64,000 bases of DNA. It comes from the human T2T-CHM13v2.0 reference genome, Homo sapiens. A program made the translations under genes and the position numbers. The DNA is taken from the NCBI RefSeq assembly GCF_009914755.1, contig NC_060935.1. The stretch is one strand, 5' to 3'. Each line of letters begins with the position of its first letter. The stretch's first letter is position 1. Positions 47,679 to 61,050 of the stretch are shown piece after piece. The notes under the pieces were generated by a model. It was not told where the DNA came from, searched no databases, and saw only the letters and a program-made list of their open reading frames with translations.

Positions 47679-49859
47679 GCTGATAAGCAACTTCAGCAAG
47701 TCTCAGGATACAAAACCAATGTGCAAAAATCACCAGCATTCCTATACACCAATAACAGGCAAGCAGAGAGCCAAATCATCAATGAACTCCCATTCACAAT
47801 TGCTACAGAGAGAATAAAATACCTAGGAATACAGCTAACAAGGGACGGAAGGCACTCTTCAAGGAGAACTACAAACCACTGCTCAAGGAAATCAGAGAGG
47901 ACACAAACAAATGGAAAAACATTCCATACTCAGAGAGAGGAAGAATCAACATTGTGAAAATGGCCATACTGCCCAAAGTAATCTATAGATTCAATGCTAT
48001 TCCCATTAAACCACCGTGGGCATTCTTCTCAGAATTAGGAAAAACCACTTTAAAATTCATATGGAATCAGTAAAGAGCCTGTATAGCCAAGACAATCCTA
48101 AGCAAAAAGAACAAATCTGGAGGCATCATGCTACCTGACTTCAAACTATGCTACAAGGCTACAGTAACCAATGTAGCATGGTACTGGTACAAAAACAGAC
48201 ACATAGACCAATGGAAAAGAATAGAGAACTCAGAAGTAAGATTGCACACCTACAACCAGCTGATCTTAACAAACTTGACAAAAAACAATGGGGAAAGGAT
48301 TCCCTATTTAATAAATGATGCTGGAAGAACTGGCTAGCCATATATGCAGAAAATTGAAACTGGACCCCTTCCTTACACCACATAAAAAATTAACTCAAGA
48401 TGGATTAAAGACTTAAATGTAAAACCCAAAACTATAAAAATCCTAGAAGAAAATCTAAGCAATATCATTCAGGACATAGGCATGGGCAAAGATTTCATGA
48501 CAAAAACACCAAAAGCAATTGTAACAAAAGTGAAAGTTGACAAATGAGATGTAGCTCAACTAAAGAGCTTCTGCACAGCAAAAGAAGCTATCCTCAGAGC
48601 AAAGAGACAACCTACAGAGTGGGAGAAAATTTTTTCGATCTATCCATCTGACAAAGGTCTAATACCCAAAATCTATAAGGAACTTAAATTTACAAGAAAA
48701 AAACAAACCCATTAAAAAGTGGGCAAAGGAAATGAACCACTTCTCAAAAGAAGACATTCATGCGACCAACAAACATATGAAATAAAGCTCAACATCACTG
48801 ATCATTAGGGAAATGCAAATCAAAACCACAATGAGATACCATCTCACGCCAGTCAGAATTGTAATTATTAAAAAATCAGAGGATGGGCGCAGTGGCTCAT
48901 GCCTGCAATCCCAGCCCTTTGGGAGGCTGAGGTGGGTGGATCACCTGAGGTCAGGAGTTCGAGACCAGCCTGGCCAACATGGAGAAACCCCATCTTTACT
49001 AAAAATACAAAATTAGCCGGGCATAGTGGTGCATGCCTGTAATCCCAGCTACTCAGGAGGCTAAGGCAGGAGAATTGCTTGAACTTGGGAGGCAGAGATT
49101 GCGGTGAGCTGAGAGTGCACCATTGAACTCCAGCCTGGGCAACAAGAGCAAATCTCTGCCTCAAAAAAAAAAAAAAAAAAAGTCAAGAAACAACAGATGC
49201 TGGTGAAGTTGCAGAGAAAAAGGAATGCTTTTAAACTGTTGGTGGGAGTGCAAATTCATTCAATCATTGTGGAAGACAGCATGGCAATTCCTCAAGATCT
49301 AGCAGCAGAAATACCAGTTTACCCAGTAATCCCATTACTGGGTATATAACCAAAGGAATATAAATCATTCTATTATAAAGATACATGCACACATATGTTC
49401 ATCGCAGCACTATCCACAATAGCAAAGTCATGAATCAACCTAAATGGCCATCAATGATAGACTGGATATAGAAAATGTGGTACATGTACACCATGGAATA
49501 CTATGCAGCCATAAAAAGGAATGAGATCATGTCCTTTCCAGGGACATAGATGGAGCTGGAAGCCATTATTGGCAAACTAACGCAGGAACAGAAAACTAAA
49601 CACCACATGTTCTCACTTATAAGTGGGAGCTGAACAATGAGGACACATTGTGGGGGAAACAACACACACCGGGGCCTGTCGGGGGCGGGCAGGGGGTGGG
49701 AGAGCATCAGGAAGAATAGCTAATGGATGCTGCTGGGCTTGATACCTAGGTGATGAGTTGATCTGTGCAGCAAACCACCATGGCACACATTTACCTATAA
49801 AGCAAACCTGCACATCCTGCACATGCACCCTGGAACTTAAAATAAAAGTTTAAAAAAAA
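47679..49859 (+). mobile_element. L1PA (L1PA8-like), 5'-truncated (ORF2 3' part and 3'UTR), containing an Alu
   Basis: ORFs 47649-47957 '[21 protein letters not shown]' and 48128-48337 'LPDFKL.YKATV'; ends ggaacttaaaataaaagtt plus A tail. Confidence 0.95.
48881..49181 (+). mobile_element. AluSp/Sq-like SINE inside the L1
   Basis: aacatggagaaacccc, ttgcggtgagc, gggcaacaagagc; A tail. Confidence 0.96.
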
Positions 49860-49868
49860 GAGATGTGG

Positions 49869-50198
<330 letters not shown>

Positions 50199-50239
50199 TC
50201 ATCTGATATGTCCCAGACATGGTGCTGGTCACACACTGG

Positions 50240-51415
50240 TGACTTCCTTCAGGTTGAGACTTATTCATCTCTCTCTTCTCCTTCTCCCCACTCAAATACT
50301 AAAGAGTGGACTTTCAAAGGGCTTGATTTTTGCACTTCTTTTCTCCAGCTATGCTAACTCTTGGATGATGTCATCTAGTCATGGCTTTAAATGCCATCCA
50401 TACCATGATGTCTCCTAAATTTATATGATCAGCTCTGGCGTCTCTCCAGTGCTCCACACTCACTTACCTAGGTACCTACCAGACATCTCTACTTGGCATT
50501 TTCAGCCCAGCCTTTACAAAACTGTACTTTTGACTTCCTTTCCCCTTAAACCTCTTCCTTCCCATTCATTGTGAATGAGGCTTATATTCATCCAGTTACT
50601 CAGAGCAACAAACTTGGAGTTTTTTTGACTTGTCTCCTTCTCTCATACCTACTTCATCAGAAAATTACATTAATTTTATCTTCAAAACATCCCCCAATCC
50701 AACCGCTTCTCAGCATCTCTGTCACTAACCCCCCAGCCTTAGTTATCAACCTCGTGCGTAACCTGTTCTAACTCTTTCTGTTTATATTCTTGTCTGCCCT
50801 CCTCTCAGGTCCATTCTGCATGCAATAGTCAGGGTGATCCCTTGAAAATATAAACCATATCTTGTCACCCCTTGCTCAAAATCCTCTAGTGGCTTCCCAC
50901 AACACTCAGAACAAAGTCTGAACCTTTTTTCAATGTCTCCAAGGCCCCACCCAGTCTAGTCCTCGCACACCTCTCTGACCTCATCCCCGCCACACTCACC
51001 CTTGCTTGCTCTGCTTCAACCACAGGGGCAGACTTGCCTTTCTGTGAACACGCCAAGCATGCTGTCACTGCAAGGATTCATATGTCCTGTCCCCTCTGCT
51101 GAGATGCTCTTCCACCAGATGGCCACCTGGCCTGCTCCTTTACTTCATTCCAGTTCCTTAATGTCTCAAACAGTCCTTCCCTGGCCACCCTCCTTCCAGC
51201 AGGCCTACTCTTCACCCTCCCTCACTTTCTGTCCCCTTATCCCACTCTATTTTTCTTTAGAGCACTTATTAATGCCTGGCATTATACATAGTTGTTGAGT
51301 TAGGTGTGGGTTTTTTTTTTTTTTTGCCTGTATTCTTTAGTAGAACATAAGCAAGAGCTTTATTTTATTTGTTGAGCTAATAGTAGATACTTAGTAAACA
51401 TTATGTGAATGAATT
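50240..51415 (+). mobile_element. L2a-like LINE, ~1.2 kb 3' portion
   Basis: catggctttaaatgccat, tgctcaaaatcctctagtggcttccca, tgaatgaat tail. Confidence 0.85.
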
Positions 51416-53559
51416 CATGTTTTTACCCTCCTACCAGTACCTAATTCCAAGTCTAGAACATAAGAACTGCTCGATAATGTTTTATTGGATAATCTCAATT
51501 ATCATAACTAACTTGAGATGTTAATATTCTTCTTATTTGACATAAATATTACATAATTTGCCTAAGGGCACCCAGTTGAACAGAAATTTTATTCCTGACC
51601 TGACCTCTTCAACTTCAGAGCCTCCATTATTGCCTCTTCCTCCCAGGATTTCCACTTCCCCATTCTGTGTCTGAGGTGTTGGAAGGGCTCAAATGACAAC
51701 AAAGGCTCCTCTGCATTGTGTTCATAAAAGAAAGCTAAGGAGAGCTCAGGTAGATGGGATCTGGGTCTCTAGGAACCCAGAGAAACACAGTTGGCAAATT
51801 CCAAGTGCCATATCTTCTCATAGGCGCAGGCAATAGCATTCTTGCCATTTTACTCCTCAAAGAGCTGTCTCAAAATGCATACTGTGAGTTTTTTTCTGGG
51901 CAATCAACAAAATTCCCCCAAATAGCAGTCTCAGGCCAAGTCCTGAAGGCTTCAGAGCTCACATCCTATTTCAGTTCTCTTCAGATCTTGGGAGTGGGGA
52001 TGGTGGATAAATGGGGTAGATCTTTAATGACATTCTGCATGCTGTGCAGGCCAATTTCAACATTCCAAAGAAGCCGTGAGTGGGAGTGACTGTGGTTCTT
52101 CATACTTATAGGAAACATTAGTGAACCAAATAAATTACTTTTCCAAATGTCTTCATATAAGTAAGCCTCTGAAATAAGGCTATTTGGTACAGGTATCATT
52201 TTCTTTGTAACTACTGCTTCCAAGGCTGCCCAATCTAAAGGGTTCTCTTCAGTGGGTACACGTCTTGGATCCCTAACTAGGTTGGTGACCCTTTGAAAGC
52301 AGGGACCACAGTATACCTTTCTCTGCTGTCCTGTTTTATTTGCTATGATCAGCATATAAGCTCATCTCTGAGGAGGTGTCTGAAATAATCCAGGCCAAGG
52401 TAAAGCCTATATTAGGAAGCTTCCTACCCCACTCTCCCATATCCCATCTCAATCAGGTTTTATAGTCTAGAACAAATTGTGCTGCATTGACCGATTGACT
52501 CATATGCCTGGAGGGAGCTCTGGTTACTTGCCCATCAGCCACAGCATTCCCTGAAGGCTTCTTACACAGGTCACATCAGAGAAACTAGGTGTATGGCCAG
52601 CAGTCCAGTTTCCCACAGAGACCGAAGCCCCTTCCTGAAATCTAGTTCTGACAATCTGCAGAGTTCATAGCCAGCCTCCTATTCTGGGCTGGGCCCTATT
52701 CTCCACCTCAGCCAGCTTCTGAGTGCAATTCTGTATTGACCAGAGCTAATTTGCCCATACCCAGTTAAGTGTAATATCACCTCTACTTGGACTCCCCTGC
52801 CACTAGCTCCACCCACTGGTTTGGTTCTGAAGCATCTCATAGTTTTGGACACTGGATTTAGACAGCAAACTCTGGAACTCAGGAACCTGTTGCCCCAGTA
52901 CTAATTCCAGTTTCTCACTTTTGTTGCTGACCTATGTTACTGAGTTCTTTGCAAGACTTAAAGCTGTTACCAGAGTTATGACAGCAATAAAGCAGGTACT
53001 CAACAATACTAGCTAGAATAAAAAATAAGCATTTCTCTGTTGTGAATCTTCATGTAACGAGAAATGTTGGTAACAGAGGTTGATGTTTCAAGCTTCACTT
53101 TGTGGAGGAGAAACTAAAGCTTCTCTTATAGGAGAAAGGAAGATGCTGGTAGATTCAGGAGCTGCACTGTGTTTCCAGGTATCCTGCTGGCACCATTTTC
53201 AAACCCTTCAATGCCTCTGACTCAAGGCCCTTAAATTTGACCTATCAAGGTACTTTAGATCTCCTTAGCCCTTTAAAGTATTATGGAACAATAAAAACTG
53301 GACTACTCCATTCTGTGTCACTTAGCATCGTTAGTAAATCTGCCTTTTATACCCTTTCCAAAGGTGTTAAACGATGACCATTGTCTCAGTTTAAAAGGAC
53401 AGCTTGAAAAGTTCACTTTCTATATGGAGATGGTACTCCTGACCCTAACAGGAGAACATGCACTTACAGTCACTTTTCCAGGAGTGGGGAGCAGCCTGCT
53501 CTCCACTCTATGCATTCTCTCACTCAGCAGTGTGAGAACAGTCAGAAAAGCACAGGATC

Positions 53560-53990
<431 letters not shown>

Positions 53991-54170
53991 CAACAGTTAT
54001 AAATTTATTTACCACATTTTTGGATATTTTAAAGATAACAATAGCCAAGATCAATAAGATAGTTAGATGTGGTAATGAGATGGAATTTTCCTTTTGTGCA
54101 AAGCTAGCTGGCTCATCTGGGCATTAAAACCATAAGGAAGTTTTCTTTGTAAGGAAGAAAACTATCTCAG

Positions 54171-54202
54171 TTTTTTTTTGTTTTTTTTTTTTTTTTTTTT
54201 TT
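54171..54202 (+). repeat. Poly(T) tract with one G
   Basis: Read directly. Confidence 0.95.
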
Positions 54203-54204
54203 GT

Positions 54205-54650
54205 GGAATTAGTTCCTAAGACGTACTGTATCTGAGAGGTGACCCCATGAAACTCCAGCAGGAGAAAGAGGAAGTGATACAGGAAAGGGAAGGCATCCAA
54301 GAAGGGGTGTGTTATGACACCATCTACCAAAGTGGGTGACGGAAGATTTTTCCCATGGGAAAACCCTAGGAAAGAGCATGAAACACATGCCTTGGAACTA
54401 TCCTACTGGAGGCTGAGGGAGCTGGGTGTAATTTGTGCACTCACTCCCATTACTCATTGTTGAAATGAGTACTCACTGCTGGAGGTGATGGTGTTAATTC
54501 CTGATACTTCCAGCCTGTGCCCTGTGTGTGTGTGAGTGTGTGTAAAGAGGGTGGCTAGAATTCAGCCTTCTAGAAAAACCCTTAGGTACAGAACTCGTAA
54601 CTGGAGGTTGTGTGCGGCACACTGGGCAGGATACCTACAGAATCTGCTAT
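54205..54650 (-). mobile_element. LTR33-family ERVL LTR
   Basis: ggaagtgatacaggaaagggaaggca, gggtgtgttat, tgagggagctgggt, gttaattcctgatacttccagcctg. Confidence 0.8.
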
Positions 54651-54667
54651 GAAATTTATCTGTGGTA

Positions 54668-55105
54668 CAATAGTAAAGACATGGAGTCAATCGAAATGTC
54701 CATCAATGATAGACTGGATAAAGAAAATTTGGTACACATACACCATGTAATACTATCCAGCCATAAAAAGGAATGAGATCATGTCCTTTGCAGGGACATG
54801 GATGAAGCTGGAAGCCATTATCCTCAGCAAACTAATGCAGGAACAGAAAACCAAACATTGCTCATTCTCACTTATAAATGGGAGCTGAACAATGAGAACA
54901 CATGGAAATGGGGAGGGAACAACATACACTGGGGCCTGTCAGGGGAGGGTGAGGAGTGGGGAGAGCATCAGGATAAATAGCTAATGCATGCCAGGCTTAA
55001 TACCTAGGTGATGGGTTGATAGGTGCAGCAAACCACTATTGCACACGTTTACCTATGTAACAAACCTGCACATCCTGCACATGTATGCTGGAACTTAAAA
55101 TAAAA
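54668..55105 (+). mobile_element. L1PA (L1PA8-10-like) 3' end, ~440 bp
   Basis: ctaggtgatgggttgataggtgcagcaaaccac; TSD atctgtggta at 54658 and 55108. Confidence 0.95.
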
Positions 55106-56509
55106 TGATCTGTGGTATTTGAACTCTATGCCAGGTACAAAATTAAGTATTTCCCTCTAGTTAATGATGATGAACCCATGGCTCAGAGAGCTCATATCTA
55201 GTTCTGTACTGAGTTGTAATCCCCTTGAGATCAGGGATTGGCTGGTACCTCTTACGTTCCCAGTGCTAGACACTGGGCCCCACACCTTACTGATGCTCCT
55301 TAAATGTTTGAGCTTGATAATTATGATGATAATTTACACAAAGCCAACTGTTAATGAATGAATTGGGAATCATACTTTTATATCTATGATTTAATTATAC
55401 TTGACTTTCATAATAACTTTATGAGTTATTATGAGCAAGAATTGTTATTATAAGCTGAATTCTACAGGTGAGAAGCCTGGCAATAAGTCATGATATATTT
55501 AAAAGGCCGAAAATAAAGAGCTAAATCTTTTTATCTGGAAAATATAACTTACAGAAAAGTTACAGTAATGATAAAAGCTAATAGGTGGTCATTCAGAAAA
55601 CGTAGTCAACAATGCCTGGAAATTAGAAGCAAAATTCCTTTTTGTTTAATAAAGAACATTTAATATAAACTTTAAAAATGGTTATATGTGTTTTAATTGT
55701 TCTTAAACTGTTTTTGTAAAACTGTTGCCACATTTCCAGCATTTTTATGGAAACTTGAGGGGAAAAAATTACTCTGTGAACTTTTCCTTTTCTTATTAAG
55801 GCAAATAAACAAATAAAGATGAAACTCTGTGCATGCATCTGAGACCCAGATAAGGGTTCCTTTGTCGCTCTCACTAATATAGAAAAATCTATTTAAGTTT
55901 TCTTACTTCCCCTTTCCTTTCAAACCTGATCCAGTTAGTCTTGGCTCCCACCCCCTCCTTCCCCAGTTATAAAACCAAACAGAAAGTTTGTACTGAAGGA
56001 ACAAGTCCCTGCAGTGACTCAGAGGAAACAAGCATTTATAAACCATGTTTCCCTAATGCCTCAGTACAAACATGGCTGTGGCCCAATTCCAGATTGGACA
56101 AGGCAACACTCACTCGTGTGGCCCCAGCAAAACTGAGTGTCAGAGGGGGCTAACCAGATACAAGACCTGAGCTGCAAATGGCCATGAGGCAACACTACAC
56201 CTTGGAGATCTTTCATCACCAAGAATCAAAGCAACAATGGCTGAAACAAAGTCAGGCAAAGAAATGTTGGACTTTGCTGGAATGGAACTTTCTCTTTGAA
56301 TTTTCTATATAGGTTGGCCTGGCTGCAGCTTCCATACTAGCTAATCCCTTCTTAGTGGTGTCTGCGAGTTGTTTTCTTTGTATAGTATCTTTGCCCTAGG
56401 TTCTATGTAGACCATATCTGCCTGGAATACAAAGGGTTACAAGGACAGTTTGGTTTTGGCTCTGGAGTCAGTCACATCTAGTTTTGAATCTCAGTCCACC
56501 ACTTCATAT

Positions 56510-56942
56510 TTTCACTTGACAAATGTTTACTAAGGACCGATTTTGTGCCAGGCCTGGTTCTAAGTGCTGAGAATGAGGAAGTGAGCAAGATAGTCAGGGT
56601 CCCTGCTCTCCTGCTGTTACATGCTAATTGGAAGAGCTATGAGAAACAAAAACAAAACCAGAGAGATTGTCTGGCAGTGATGGTAATAATGCTATGGAAA
56701 TAAAATTAGAGAGTTAGGTTGGGTGAGCAGGGAAGGCCTTCACAAAATGGTGAGGAGGAGCCTTCTGTGAAGAGATTACATTTAAGCTGGGAGCTTAATC
56801 ACATGAAAGAGCCAGTCAGGATAAGAACACTCCTGGCACACACAAAATCCTGGAAGAGGAATAATCTTGGCCTATCTGAGGAACAAAAAGAAAGCGCATG
56901 TGGTGAGTGAAGGGAGAGTAGTATGAGAAAAGGCTGGACAAT
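56510..56942 (-). mobile_element. L2 fragment (continues at about 57510-57600 beyond the MLT1)
   Basis: tgtgccaggcctggttctaagtgctg, agggaaggcctt. Confidence 0.75.
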
Positions 56943-57477
56943 GTGGTAGATGAGAGATGGCCCCTCACTCTTAAAGATGCCTCCCATAGACATGTGGGTC
57001 TATTTCCCCTCCTCTTGAATCTGGCCTGGCATCTGACTGTTGTGACCACTACAGCATGGCAGAAGTGATGTGGTGCCTGTCCTGAGCCTAGTCTTTAAGA
57101 TGACTGGCAGCTTTTATCTTTGTCCTCTGTGGCCCTAAACTGACATGTAAGAAGGCTGAAAACCTGCTGCAGGGCCACACGGACAGGCCCTGAGAACACG
57201 TGAAGAAAGGGCCTCAGCTGAGCCCAGCCTTTCAGCTGCCCCTGCCAAGGTGCCAGACAAGTGAGTGATATGGTCTTGGACCAGCTTAGCCACAAACTTA
57301 ATACCACCACGTGACTCCAGTAAAGGCCACATGAGACAGAAGAACCATCTAGCTGAGCCTTGCCTGAAGTCCTAACACAGACAAAAATCATGTGATCATG
57401 TGATACAATTCAATGGTTATTGTTTTAAGCCACTAAATTTTGAGGGTAGTTTGTTTCTTAGCAAATGATTTCCAGAA
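56943..57477 (+). mobile_element. MLT1H-like MaLR LTR
   Basis: tgtggtag start; tttcccctcctcttgaatctgg; ttgttttaagccactaaatttt. Confidence 0.88.
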
Positions 57478-57507
57478 GAGAGAGAGAGAGAGACAGAGAG
57501 AAAGAGA
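57477..57507 (+). repeat. (AG)n simple repeat
   Basis: Read directly. Confidence 0.85.
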
Positions 57508-57639
57508 CTGTAGCAATACTACTTTGACCTTGATCCAGGATAAAGAGTTTGGCCTGAGATGGATGAGAAATCATGGGAGGGCTTAAGCAGAAGGTGTAGA
57601 GCTTATAAAAGGTATATTGTGAAAATTATATTATATATA

Positions 57640-58015
57640 AATAATGATAGTTTGCCTGTTTCCATTTCAATAAGAATTGTATATTGTTGCTTTTTATTTT
57701 TCTTGTTTTACCCCATTATCTAGGGTTTCTGGTTAAATGTTTAATGGAAGTGGTATTATCAGGAATTTTTGTTTTAATCTTCATCAAAAATGGAAGCTTT
57801 AAACTTAATTCTAATACTAAATGTTAATCTTATTCTAGACTGGATATTGGATATTGGACTGGTAATTACACTACTAAATTTGATATTTAAACTAAATCTT
57901 TTGTTGACACTCTTTTTTGTTGTTGTTAAGTCTTTGGAAGTTTCCTTTTATTACTGATGTGCCAAATTCTTTTTTAATCACAAATAGATTTTGGAATTCA
58001 TTAAACTTTTTTCAG
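57640..58015 (-). mobile_element. Diverged L1M ORF2 fragment
   Basis: tttttcttgttt...ctagggtttc...tttttaatcacaaatagattttggaatt. Confidence 0.55.
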
Positions 58016-58049
58016 CCAAAAGAAAGCTCCATGGTATTTTAAAACTTAA

Positions 58050-58246
58050 TTTGAGTGCTATTTGCTCCTGGCTTTCTAGTTCTTTGACCTTGCACAAGTA
58101 AACTGAACTATCTGCGTCTTAGTTTCTCAAACTGCAAAACAGGAATAATAACAGTATTTACATCATAGAGGTGTTTGGGGATTAAACAATATAAAATCAT
58201 TAACATAGTATGTAGCACCTGGTTAAGGGCTCAATAAATGGTAGCT
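58050..58246 (+). mobile_element. MIR
   Basis: tgaccttgcacaagt...gctcaataaatggtagctg. Confidence 0.75.
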
Positions 58247-58819
58247 GTACACAATATGCTACGTGCCAGCATAGTGTGCTATTTTTATGGCTCAGTTTCC
58301 ACCTGAAGTTCTATATATAGCTGGAGGAGACTCCAGCTATATTCAAATTCCTCTCAACTAGTTCAGGAAATCGTTAGAGGAATCATGCACATACTCACAT
58401 ACAGGGCCTTTGCCATCTCAGTTGCATATCCACTAGAATTGGCCAGCCCAACTGCCATTTGGTATCCTCCAGGGCCTCTTCTTCTCTGATAATGGTTCCA
58501 TGGATTCTCCAAAATGGCAAGCCCTATTAGCCTACTGAACAGTGGCTGCTTTGTCCCTTCCAGTGGGGGACATGCCAGGCTGCTGCCTCTCAGACTGTCA
58601 GTTGAGCTGCAGCCACCATCAAGCTCAAGTGGGGCAAACATCCTCACTTTCTCCCCTTTGGAAAGAAACTGCCAAGAGAGTGATTACTTGACCTTCCAGA
58701 TCCCTGTAGAACTTTCTGTGTTACTATTTTATTGTATTATATTATAATTTATTTCAGTGACACCTGTTATACGGTGATACAGTCCACTTGTACTCTGTGA
58801 GCAAACCTGTTCACTGGCC

Positions 58820-58871
58820 CTCTACTTGGCCTCTGCTCTCTACTTGGCCTCTGCTCTCTACTTGGCCTCTG
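58820..58871 (+). repeat. 18-bp tandem repeat ctctacttggcctctgct, ~2.9 copies
   Basis: Read directly; copies are identical over their aligned length. Confidence 0.95.
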
Positions 58872-59354
58872 ATGCCCTTCCCTTCACCCAACTTCTATCC
58901 TGGTTTGTTCCTTAGATGAGTTTTTTCAAAGTTGTGTTGAAAAAACTTTAGTTCACTTCTTCAGACATGCCCCATAAAAGAAAAGTGCTCTTGATTAAAT
59001 CCCTTTTTCTTTTTACATCTCCATTTCATAGACTCATAGTGCATATCAGCATAGAAAGACCCCAAAATATGTTCTAGCAAGAAGCACTCTTTCACTTGGC
59101 TTAATCCAGTATTTCATAAGCCTATTTAAACACAGAATGATTTTGATCTCTCTGATGAAGAATCCATATTCAATAAATGTTGTTTGAGGAATGCTGCATT
59201 TCATGCCTTCCCTACTTCCAGGGATAATAAGCTTTTAAAATTTAGTTGTTACCTTACTTCTTTCAGTTACAATAAATATCAAAGTAGTGCAGATTTTTTT
59301 TTTTTTGATCTTCTAGGGGTTAGTCCTATTACATAATGAAAATAGACTGCCTGC

Positions 59355-59580
59355 ATTAGAGTCCTGAATCCATTACTTACTTGCTACGTAACTGGGCAAG
59401 TTACTTTATTTGCACCTCAGCTTCCTTGTATGTAGAATGAAGATAATTGATAGTATTTTTTTCAATAGGGCTATAGTGATGATTAAAAGATATCATGTAT
59501 AGAAAGCGAGTTCCATATATTCTGCTCATAGAAGTTAGTTGCTATTATTGTAACTATTATATGATTATTATTACAATTAT
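59355..59580 (+). mobile_element. MIR
   Basis: ctgggcaagttact...cctcagcttccttgtatgtagaatg. Confidence 0.75.
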
Positions 59581-60924
59581 TATTCAAAATGAAAGAGCCA
59601 ACGGTTAAGGCCTATAAATCTTTCTTTTATATACAATTTTTCTTGAGACAAAATTGATCAATACTAGATTTGTCCAGCTTGATTTAAACGTCATCCTGTT
59701 TTTGTTTTAAATCAGCATGGCTCAACAAAATCTGATTTTAGAATTTATGTGATATTGTACTTATGTATCACTGAAATCAGAAGTTATGTATCACTGATAT
59801 GAGAAGAGTGTTAACTAAATGTCTTGCCTCTTTCATTCCTATCTATGTAATACGTTATGACAATTACATTTGCTATCTTACTAGTGTTAATGCCAAAATA
59901 GAAAAACCCAATGTTGATAGTACTATTTAAAATATAGTTATATGCATTTAGTATACTCCAGCCGCTACACATCAAATATCCCTGAAAAAAAAAGTATTGG
60001 AGAACTGTAAGCCTCATGTTAGCCAATTGTTTATTCTAAGCACTTAGAATCCTCTAGTTATTAGTTCATATTATGTTCAAGAGAGCTGTGTGTGTTGAGT
60101 AGGAATGAGCATTAATCTCATTTTCTAAATGAAGCCTTCAATGCATATGGAAATTTTATTTTTATATTTCTGATGATGGAAGAGGAAAGACACAGGCTAG
60201 TTATCAGGGTGGAGGAAACCATGATTAGGACCTTTCCAGGATTAGCTGTTACTATTAAGGGTCTTTTGTTTGGGAACTCAGAGAATAGGAGTGGCAACTC
60301 TTTAATCCCAGTCACCAGACAGTGTGTACAAAACAGGATCTTCTACTTTATAAAGGAAACATAAGGCCAGTGAAATAGGGAAGATCAGGGTTGAATTGAA
60401 TAGGGATACAGTTTATCACAAACTAAAATTTAGTGATAGAAGAGACATATGTCCCATAAGTTCCCTAAATCTTGCTCTGTATGTCAGTCTTCCTTAAGTT
60501 ATGTATATATTACAAATAGGAGAAAAGCAGGTTAGATCCTCTATTCAGTGTCTTCTGCCTTTCCTTGCAGGCAGCTGCCCAAATAGGAGGGATTCTGTAT
60601 ATAAGAAAATATTCTAAAAGCTATCCTTGAAAACTTAAACTTATTCTAATGGCAAATGTACATCATACCATACAATCATTTAATAATCTGTTTTACTGTT
60701 TTTATAAAACTCTTGATTTACAAGCAATAAGCTTTTGGGCAAGGGTTCTTTTGGCTAATGTAATGATGGAAGTGATTTTATGATGCACACAGCACAAGGG
60801 CTCCTTACAGAATTGTTATTGTTAATATTATTATTTTTGGCTGAATTTCTTGGCTACATTCTCTTTATCCTTGAACAGAATATGATTTTCTTACGATTGG
60901 GAAGGGCAGGAGTCCTGAGAAGAT

Positions 60925-61050
60925 TATTTAACCTCCAGTAGGCAGGGCTGTACCTATCTTGTTCACCACTGAATCTCCAGGGCTGGATATATGCCTGGAA
61001 CCAGAGAGTCTCAGAAAATATTTGTTGAATAAACGGATGAAGGAATGAGT
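60925..61050 (+). mobile_element. L2 3' end
   Basis: ggcagggctgtacctatcttgttcaccactgaatctccag...aaatatttgttgaat. Confidence 0.8.

Noticed and set aside
51754-52355. 111-aa (+) and 124-aa (-) ORFs in unique DNA
   Set aside because: No recognisable domain or exon structure; lengths are within chance expectation for 64 kb.
52430-52960. Possible very old LTR-like sequence
   Set aside because: I could not match it to any family from memory.
58820-58871. CRISPR-like direct repeats
   Set aside because: No spacers, and the context is primate DNA; it is a simple tandem repeat.
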